Assembly: GCA_048938895.1 (NCBI GenBank)
Contig: JBHLLU010000078.1
Location: forward strand, 1-15,036
Direction: 5' to 3'
DNA: 15,036 nucleotides
DNA from: Promethearchaeota archaeon
GTDB taxonomy: Archaea; Asgardarchaeota; Lokiarchaeia; Sigyniarchaeales; SOKP01
Position numbers and translations under genes: made by a program. Positions 1-6,395 of this stretch are shown here, in pieces; position 1 is the stretch's first letter; each line of letters starts with the position of its first letter. A model generated the notes under the pieces. The model was not told where the DNA came from, ran no database searches, and saw only the letters and a program-made list of their open reading frames with translations.

Positions 1-560
1 CCAGCAGCTATAAATAAGGATACACCACTACCAAGCCCCCATCCTTTTTGGAGTAATTCGTCAAGAAGAATGATAACTATTCCCGCAAAAAGGAGTTGAG
101 CAAAGATAAAAAATCCGCCCTGAATCCCGATATCATCTACCTTACCAAAAGCACCTCCAAATAGATAAGCAATAGAGTTAAAAATTGTTAACATTACTGC
201 AAGAACTTTTTGAGCTCCACTAAATAAAGCCCTATCATATGGATCAGCCATATTCACATTAATAATTCGCGAACCTAGGAGAAGTTGCATTATAAGTCCT
301 GCGGTTACAATGGGACCAATTCCAAGTTCAGTGAGTGTTCCTCTTTGGCTTGCAAGAATCACCCGCAACCAATAAAAATAATCTGTTGAATCTTGAATTT
401 CAATCCCATAGAGTGGGATATTAGACATAATTAAATATACAATTAGGACGACAGCAGTCCAGATAAATTTTTCTTTAAATGAAACCTCGCGTTGAGGATT
501 TTTGATTTCTGGCATAGCTCTTACGAAAGGTGAAAAGAATTTAAGGAACTTACCGGCCAT
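1..560 (-). CDS. secY: Preprotein translocase SecY/Sec61alpha, 5' part (runs off the window start; not in ORF track)
   Basis: Manual translation from ATG at 560: [53 protein letters not shown]...[32 protein letters not shown]...[10 protein letters not shown]...[22 protein letters not shown]. These are hallmark SecY/Sec61alpha motifs, and the frame is open to the window edge. Confidence 0.97.
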   Translation of the reverse strand, partial: [186 protein letters not shown]

Positions 561-744
561 GTCTGATCAACAACGTGAGTGTTTTTGAACTAACTATTAG
601 ATTTTGTAAAATATTATTTTCAGTATCAAAAAATCAAACTGTAACTTAAAAAAAAATAGAATTTTAAAAAAAGTTTTTGATTTAAAAAGCAATTCATATA
701 GATATTTCTAAACAATAATCAGCAAATTAGATTTGGTAAAGATA

Positions 745-776
745 CTATTGAAATTAAAAAAATAAATAAAAAAAAT
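745..776 (-). terminator. Putative oligo-U archaeal terminator downstream of rpl12
   Basis: A-runs on the + strand (U-tracts in the mRNA) start a few nt after the rpl12 stop. A 222-nt AT-rich spacer separates rpl12 from secY. Confidence 0.4.
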
Positions 777-782
777 ATGGTT

Positions 783-1073
783 TTAGAAGAGAGACCCGAT
801 ACCCGTAGGTTCTTCCTCGATTTCCTCTTCTTCTTCTTTCTTTTCTTCTTTCTTTGCTTCTGTTTTTTCACCAGCTGGAACCGCCATCACTGGCATTGAG
901 CCAGCAGACTTAATGATATCTTCAATTTTGGTTTCTTTTAAACCAGCAATAAGTTTTGCAATCTCATCTTTATCTGCTTTAGCACCAGCAGCAGTTAAAA
1001 CTTTCTCTACATTTGCTTGGCTAATTTTTCCACCAGCTTTATGAAGCAACAGTGCAGCATAGATACTTTCCAT
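783..1073 (-). CDS. rpl12: 50S ribosomal stalk protein P1/L12 (archaeal)
   Basis: Starts MESIYAALLLHKAG, has an Ala-rich hinge and an acidic tail ending GIGSLF. SD-like GAGGT upstream. Last gene of the L11-L1-L10-L12 order. Confidence 0.97.
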   Translation of the reverse strand: MESIYAALLLHKAGGKISQANVEKVLTAAGAKADKDEIAKLIAGLKETKIEDIIKSAGSMPVMAVPAGEKTEAKKEEKKEEEEEIEEEPTGIGSLF

Positions 1074-1149
1074 TACATTTAACCTCTTTTATGTTTTTTT
1101 AATATTATATTTGAAATTTCTATTGAAATTTAAAAAAATTCTTAATTAT

Positions 1150-2040
1150 TTATCCAAATAACCCTCCAATACCAACTTCTTCTTCCTCTTCCTCTTCTTC
1201 ATCTTCTTTTTCTTCCACTTTAGTTTCAGGCTCAGTGGGTATTGGTATACCCTTTCCAAAGATCACAGTTTCTATAGTATTGGCTTCCGATACTGCCTTG
1301 CGAATGTAATCTTCAGTCATAGTTTCTTCAATGAAGGGCATTTCAAAGAGTATTGCCAGAGCTTCTCTATAACCTTTTACTACATCTTGTTTGAATTTAT
1401 TCATATCCATGTATAATACATCTTCAGGTATTATTTCTCCATCGCTCCATGCAAAATGAATTTTAATCAATGATTCTATAGGTGCTATACCAAGTTTTTT
1501 TAATACAGCAGCTTGTTTTACTGTCACTAAATCACCTGTTTTATGAGTTCTGGTATCTTCACGTACATGGATGGTATCATTCATAATTCTTGTGGGTAGT
1601 TTTAATGTCATATTAAGTTCGCTAATTACTTGACCCGTGGGCAAACCTGTATCTCCTGCAGGTACCCAAATATCTACAGGCGTGATTTCATTTGGTTTTG
1701 CAGGAACCATCCATTCATAATCATGGAAAATCTTTTTCAGTTCTATTAAATCAAGATTCGTGAATACCAGACTTGATTGACCGGGAATACTGGTTGCTAA
1801 TTCATCTAAGTTTGACTTTTTAGACTCTTTTTTAAATTGCTCTATCGCTCGGATTTGTAGAGATTTTTTCGACATGCGAAATACTGCTTTTCCTCTTAAA
1901 ATTTTACGCATCGTTTGGAATTGTAAATCTTGTAGATGGGCAACTTCTATAACAGCGACATTTTTATAGGTGTTAAATAATTCGACAAGATTATTTACTT
2001 CTTTAACCTTCCAATCTGGTATATGTTGTTGTTTAATCAA
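1150..2040 (-). CDS. rpl10: 50S ribosomal protein uL10/P0
   Basis: IPDWKVKEV, the archaeal/eukaryotic insertion domain (PAKP..DIWVPAGDTGLPTG) and an acidic tail ending GIGGLFG. TTG start preceded by GAGGTG. Confidence 0.96.
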   Translation of the reverse strand: MIKQQHIPDWKVKEVNNLVELFNTYKNVAVIEVAHLQDLQFQTMRKILRGKAVFRMSKKSLQIRAIEQFKKESKKSNLDELATSIPGQSSLVFTNLDLIELKKIFHDYEWMVPAKPNEITPVDIWVPAGDTGLPTGQVISELNMTLKLPTRIMNDTIHVREDTRTHKTGDLVTVKQAAVLKKLGIAPIESLIKIHFAWSDGEIIPEDVLYMDMNKFKQDVVKGYREALAILFEMPFIEETMTEDYIRKAVSEANTIETVIFGKGIPIPTEPETKVEEKEDEEEEEEEEVGIGGLFG

Positions 2041-2044
2041 ATTC

Positions 2045-2773
2045 TTACACCTCTACTTCCTTTAAAAATTGTTCGCTTACTTTAACTGGTTTTCCCATTG
2101 TCGATTTTAAATGCATTGATTTGAAGTTATTGAATCTATGAGGCATTTGATCTCCTACAAAATTTACAACTGTCTTCATGTTTTCAAATAATTTATCGAA
2201 TTCCATGGATTTCTTACCTATTTTTGTAAAAATGATAGGTTGTTTCTTCATTTGGACCCGAACCACCTTTTTATATCTATCAAAAGCAACCTTTAAATCA
2301 TCGAGACTGGAGATAATACCATATCCCGTAGGAAATGGTTTAGGCATTTTACCTAATGGTCCAAGAAATCGAGCTAAATATCGAGCGACATCACGCATCA
2401 TCTTATCTTCCACTACAAAGAAATCATAGTTTTTTGCAAACTTCTTTTTATACTTCTTTTCTTCATTATTAAGTTTAATTAATCCCTCTGAATCAAGAGT
2501 ATCAAGACCCATTTTTCTTGCTTCAAGTAAAATCTCATCGGAGGCAATTACACAAATATTTGGTTTATCTGTGGTAATAACATCATTAGAAAGGATGATT
2601 TCTTTATCAATCCTATTTTTTGGATCATTTAAGTTTACATCTTTGATATTAATAATAAGATCAATGGATTCATCAAACTTTCGCACTTTATCTTTAAATC
2701 CTTCTTTCTTAATTATTGAATACTCTAATGCTGCATCCAAGGATTTCCTTAATAACTTATCATCAACCTTCAA
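2045..2773 (-). CDS. rpl1: 50S ribosomal protein uL1
   Basis: RKFDESIDL, LGPLGKMPKP and KSTMGKPVKV motifs. TTG start preceded by GAGGTGA. Confidence 0.96.
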   Translation of the reverse strand: MKVDDKLLRKSLDAALEYSIIKKEGFKDKVRKFDESIDLIINIKDVNLNDPKNRIDKEIILSNDVITTDKPNICVIASDEILLEARKMGLDTLDSEGLIKLNNEEKKYKKKFAKNYDFFVVEDKMMRDVARYLARFLGPLGKMPKPFPTGYGIISSLDDLKVAFDRYKKVVRVQMKKQPIIFTKIGKKSMEFDKLFENMKTVVNFVGDQMPHRFNNFKSMHLKSTMGKPVKVSEQFLKEVEV

Positions 2774-2775
2774 TC

Positions 2776-3308
2776 TTAAATTTCACCTCGGATTTTATCG
2801 TCAAAATCTCCATTTTCTATTCTTTTTTGTAGTTCTCTTGGATCTAATCCCTCAACAGTTATTCCAACTGATAATGCTGTTCCAAGTACTGACTTTACCG
2901 CATATTTAAAATTTTTATCAAGAAATTTATCTCTCTTTGCCTCAACCACATTAATAATTTGATCAAGGGTTAAATTACCAACTTTGTCTTCTGCACATGA
3001 GGAACTTCCTTTCTCAACACCCACTTCTTTTAGTAATAATGATGCGGTAGACGGGGTTTCTATAAAAATTTCAAATTGTTTGGTTTCTGGATCACACTCT
3101 ATTCTGACAGGTACAGTCAATCCTTTGAAGATCATTGTCTTTTCATTGATTTCATCAACTACATCTTTGATATTTATGCCCGTGGGACCTACTGCTGGAC
3201 CTTTACCCAATTCAACAGAAGCGAAATACTTCATATAATAGGCGGTCCACCTGATGCACTTCCACCAGTAACAAGGGCATTCACAGTCACTTTTCCTTTA
3301 GTGCTCAC
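2776..3308 (-). CDS. rpl11: 50S ribosomal protein uL11, interrupted. Predicted spliced CDS = join(3308..3238, 3202..2776), 165 aa
   Basis: GTG at 3308 (in-frame TGA at 3317-3315 just upstream) gives MSTKGKVTVNALVTGGSASGGPP(I). A different frame continues GPAVGPTGINIKDVV...VPVRI...TPSTASLLLKE...SVLGTALSVG. The ORF-track start at 3234 lies inside the insert and adds 11 non-L11 residues (MKYFASVELGK). Confidence 0.95.
3203..3237 (-). other. Putative 35-nt bulge-helix-bulge (BHB) pre-mRNA intron in rpl11
   Basis: mRNA reads UGGACC GCCU AU^U AUAUGAAGUAUUUCGCUUCUGUUGAAUU GGGU AA^A GGUCCA. This gives an exon-exon helix UGGACC/GGUCCA, a 3-nt bulge AAA, a 4-bp helix GCCU/GGGU and a 3-nt bulge AUU. 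Cutting after the 2nd nt of each bulge joins CCU AUA GGU (Pro-Ile-Gly) in frame. Confidence 0.8.
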
Positions 3309-3342
3309 AAATTTTCACTTTTATCCAAATTAATTTCATCTA

Positions 3343-3455
3343 ATAATCTTCCTAAAAGTAGAGAACGCGTAATTAAAGTTGTAGTTCCTCATTTCAATAT
3401 CTTTATTATATCGAAACCGCTTTAACTTGCGTCCTAAGTCTTTTAGAAATATTAT
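3343..3455 (-). promoter_or_regulatory. Structured putative 5' leader RNA of the rpl11 operon
   Basis: Nested helices on the minus strand: AUAAU/AUUAU, UUUCUAAAAG/CUUUUAGGAA, AGGACGC/GCGUUCU, AGUUAAAG/CUUUAAUU, GUUUCGAUAU/AUAUUGAAAU. Several G-U pairs would be A-C mismatches on the + strand. Confidence 0.6.
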
Positions 3456-3485
3456 AGACTTAGTGAGTATGTAAATAAACTAAAA

Positions 3486-3497
3486 TTAAAAAGTTTT
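3486..3497 (-). promoter_or_regulatory. Candidate BRE/TATA promoter for the rpl11 operon
   Basis: Minus strand reads AAAACTTTTTAA, about 30 nt upstream of the leader hairpin. The AT-rich context makes this weak. Confidence 0.3.
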
Positions 3498-3514
3498 ATT
3501 AAAAAAAGGAAAAA

Positions 3515-3703
3515 TTAAAATCTGCAGCAGAGTCTTCTCCCAAAATCAAAATTATAAGTTAAGTATTCCTCTGTCAAGAAGTCAATGATAGTATCATAAT
3601 CGGCTTTTACCTTTTTTACAATATCCTCAATTTCAATTCCAGGAGTAGCAATTAAAGTAAGAATTTCCTGTTTCATTTCTTCAGTTAGTTCTGTTTCCAT
3701 CAT
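3515..3703 (-). CDS. Small hypothetical protein (62 aa), acidic and helical (possible HTH-like), ending RRLCCRF
   Basis: ORF fills the gap between cheB and the rpl11 leader, is co-oriented with both and has plausible composition. No family recognised. Confidence 0.65.
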   Translation of the reverse strand: MMETELTEEMKQEILTLIATPGIEIEDIVKKVKADYDTIIDFLTEEYLTYNFDFGRRLCCRF

Positions 3704-3731
3704 TTACTAGAATTGATTATAACTAAAAAAT

Positions 3732-4862
3732 TTAACTTACAAATTTAATCATTTCATCAACAATATTATAATTTGGTAAAATTAAATCAGCAGCACCAGT
3801 TTCAGCAGCAACTTTTGGCATTCCATATAGTATGCTCGTTTCTTTAGATTCGGCTACTGTTTTTCCTCCTTCCGCTTTTATTGCTTGAAGACCATTAACA
3901 CCATCTCTTCCCATACCCGTTAATAATATTCCCAGAGTCTTACTTTTATAAACTCTTGCAGTAGAATAAAATAATACATCCACAGAAGGTCTACAAAAAT
4001 TTACGGGCTCTCCCTCAAAAGTTCTTATGCAGGGTATATTGTTCTTAATAGTAACTTGCATATGTTTATCTCCTGGGGAGAAGTAAATTATACCAGGTTG
4101 AATGTCCTCATAGTTTAAGCCAATTTTTACTTTTAATTTGCAAATACTACGTAATGAAGTGACGAATTGTCTCATAAATAGATGATTTAAATGTTGGACA
4201 ACTAAAATAGGGGCAGGAAATCCATTTGGAATTTCACTAAAGATTGTTCTTAAAGTTCTAGGTCCTCCAACGCTTGCACCTATTACGATAATTTTGGTCT
4301 CAAGTTTTGTAAGTGTAACTGGTGATAATTCAAAAAAATATTCCTCTGATCTTGATTTATTTAAAGATTTAATTTTCTTATTTGAATTTTCTGCTAATTT
4401 CCTACTTTGTTCTAATAAAAAATTAGTGTTAAATTGCCTTGCTTTACTACCTAATTTCTGCTTTTTAGTTCTCTCATTAGATAATATTTTTGAAAGGATG
4501 ATCTCCTTAATTTTAGGAAGTTCATCCTTCCAAATCCCCTCAGGCTTAACAACATACTCATTTGATTCTATTAAATTTTGTAATTTTGGAGAATTCAAAT
4601 CATTAGGAGTTTTATCAAGTAAGATTATAGTTTTTGTTGATAAATTATTGATTACAGGATAAAATTGACTAAACCAGTCAACATTCTCAATTTCAATATC
4701 TAAAATTAAAATATCTAAATTTTCATTTCCGATATGTTCAATTGCTTCTTTTGCATTCCTTACAAAGCCAACTATTTGTAGATCCTTATGAGACCCGAGC
4801 ATTTCAGAAAGCATGTTCCTTCGAAATGCTGATTCAGAAGCAATTAATACTTTTTTTTCCAT
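3732..4862 (-). CDS. cheB: CheB-type protein-glutamate methylesterase (degenerate REC domain plus methylesterase domain)
   Basis: Catalytic motifs GASVGGP (Ser), VVQHL (His) and LTGMGRDG (Asp), plus RPSVDVLF and YGMPK. N-terminal receiver-like domain with ILDIE and VVKP. Confidence 0.93.
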   Translation of the reverse strand: MEKKVLIASESAFRRNMLSEMLGSHKDLQIVGFVRNAKEAIEHIGNENLDILILDIEIENVDWFSQFYPVINNLSTKTIILLDKTPNDLNSPKLQNLIESNEYVVKPEGIWKDELPKIKEIILSKILSNERTKKQKLGSKARQFNTNFLLEQSRKLAENSNKKIKSLNKSRSEEYFFELSPVTLTKLETKIIVIGASVGGPRTLRTIFSEIPNGFPAPILVVQHLNHLFMRQFVTSLRSICKLKVKIGLNYEDIQPGIIYFSPGDKHMQVTIKNNIPCIRTFEGEPVNFCRPSVDVLFYSTARVYKSKTLGILLTGMGRDGVNGLQAIKAEGGKTVAESKETSILYGMPKVAAETGAADLILPNYNIVDEMIKFVS

Positions 4863-4969
4863 TTTTGAGATTGCTTTTTTCCTACTGTAAATAAGAAAAT
4901 GCTAATTTAAATATATGAGTAAAAATTAAGGTTTGTTCTTTGATTATGTAAATAAACCTTCTTTAGGCT

Positions 4970-5644
4970 CTATTCTTCCAAAATAACTTCATGTGTAATG
5001 GTACCAATAATTTCGATGGAAGCTTTGATAACATCACCTGGCTGAATTGGACCAACTCCACTTGGTGTGCCAGTAGCAACAATATCTCCTTTTTCAAGCG
5101 TTAAAAAACTTGAAATATATTCTAATATCTTCGGAATTTTAAAAATCATATAACTCGTGTTAGAGGTCTGTGTTGTTTCTCCATTTAGTATTAACTCTAT
5201 ATTTAAATTATGAGGATCTTCAATCTCTTTTAAAGGAACTATACGTGGACCGATAGCTGAAAATGTATCAAAGTTTTTACTACGATACCATGGCAAATTT
5301 TTATTCCGGTCAAAAATCTGCATGTTTCTTGCGGTAATGTCAAGAAAAACTGAGTATCCTTGAACATAATCAAAAGCCACTTCAGAGGAGATTTTTTTAC
5401 ATCGCTTTGACAAGATAAAGGCTAATTCTACTTCATGATCGACTCTATTGAAATCCTCACTTTCAAAAAGAATTCTAGGATAAATAATAGGCTTATCGTC
5501 TGTAATGATAGAATTAATTGTCTTAACAAAAAACACAGGTTCAGTGGGCACTGGAGCATTAAATTCTTTGGCGTGCTCTCTGTAGTTTCTACCTAAGCAG
5601 ACTATTTTTGTTGTTTCTATTTCATTAGAGCCAATTCTTATCAT
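4970..5644 (-). CDS. Fumarylacetoacetate hydrolase family protein (copy 2)
   Basis: KIVCLGRNYREH, VDHEVELA, DITARN, RSKNFDTF and GDIVATGTPSGVG motifs. ATGA overlap with the upstream paralog. Confidence 0.93.
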   Translation of the reverse strand: MIRIGSNEIETTKIVCLGRNYREHAKEFNAPVPTEPVFFVKTINSIITDDKPIIYPRILFESEDFNRVDHEVELAFILSKRCKKISSEVAFDYVQGYSVFLDITARNMQIFDRNKNLPWYRSKNFDTFSAIGPRIVPLKEIEDPHNLNIELILNGETTQTSNTSYMIFKIPKILEYISSFLTLEKGDIVATGTPSGVGPIQPGDVIKASIEIIGTITHEVILEE

Positions 5645-6327
5645 ACATTATCCTCCCCTTCTAAAATTACTAGATTTGTAAGGCTACCAATCTTTTCTAT
5701 TGTTGCTTCAATTTTATCACCAGGAACAACAGGCCCTATCCCTGCAGGTGTTCCTGTGGCAACTATATCACCAGGTTCCATTGTAAAAAGTTGAGTTATA
5801 TACTCAAAAATTTCAGGAATCTTAAATAATAGATGTTTTGTATTAGAGGATTGCTTAACTTCACCATTTACTTTTAATTCTATATCAAGGTTGTGAGGAT
5901 CTTCGATTTCATCTGTTTTTCTAATGACAGGCCCTATTGGTCCGAATGTATCAAAGGATTTTGATCGAAACCATGGTTTCTGAGACACAATATCCTTTGT
6001 TTGCATTTTACGGGCAGTTACATCATTAAAAACTGTATATCCTAAGATATATTCATAAGCCTTATCAGGAGAAACATTCTTGCATTTATCTTTAACAATA
6101 AAAGCTAATTCTACTTCATAATCAACCCGATTATATTTCCTATTGTTATAAAGGTATTTAGGATAGATAATTGGTTGATTGTGAGGAATTAAGCAATTTA
6201 ATGTTTTTGGAAAGAGGAGCGGTTCTTTGGGAACTTCTAATCCCGTTTCTTCAATGTGATCCAGGTAGTTAGTACCTAGGCAAATAATTTTAGTTGGATT
6301 TATAGTAGTATCTCCAATTTTGATCAT
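5641..6327 (-). CDS. Fumarylacetoacetate hydrolase family protein (copy 1)
   Basis: KIICLGTNYLDH, VDYEVELA, NDVTAR, RSKSFDTF and GDIVATGTPAGIG motifs. SD-like GAGGT upstream. Confidence 0.93.
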   Translation of the reverse strand: MIKIGDTTINPTKIICLGTNYLDHIEETGLEVPKEPLLFPKTLNCLIPHNQPIIYPKYLYNNRKYNRVDYEVELAFIVKDKCKNVSPDKAYEYILGYTVFNDVTARKMQTKDIVSQKPWFRSKSFDTFGPIGPVIRKTDEIEDPHNLDIELKVNGEVKQSSNTKHLLFKIPEIFEYITQLFTMEPGDIVATGTPAGIGPVVPGDKIEATIEKIGSLTNLVILEGEDNV

Positions 6328-6395
6328 AGGAAGTACCTCAAACTAATATTGTAAGAATAATCGATAAATTAAATAAATTTATATTACTTATAGAT

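Noticed and set aside
3201-3229. Spliceosomal-looking GT...AG segment inside the rpl11 insert (GTATTT...TAAAG, 29 nt)
   Set aside because: Removing it leaves the in-frame TGA (3233-3231) in the mRNA, so it cannot restore uL11.
2776-3234. ORF-track 152-aa protein as the complete rpl11
   Set aside because: It lacks the conserved N-terminal LV.GG.A..GPP segment, which is encoded upstream in another frame. Its first 11 aa come from the insert.
3209-3236. Box C/D or K-turn-like motif in the intron (AUGAAGU ... UUGA)
   Set aside because: Both boxes are mismatched and the flanking canonical stem is poor. It also competes with the GAAG/CUUC hairpin, so it is not supportable without an alignment.
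3202-3242. Programmed frameshift or ribosomal hop as the explanation for split rpl11
   Set aside because: There is no X-XXY-YYZ slippery site. A -1 shift would insert about 12 residues into the conserved GPPxGP motif. An ATT-to-ATT hop (3239 to 3211) lands in a frame that stops at once (GGG TAA). BHB splicing fits better.
6328-6395. TPP riboswitch or ThiR operator upstream of thiN (ATAAATT-N5-AATTTAT at 6364-6382)
   Set aside because: The spacer is only 68 nt with no riboswitch core. The palindrome is pure A/T and is adequately explained by divergent TATA boxes.
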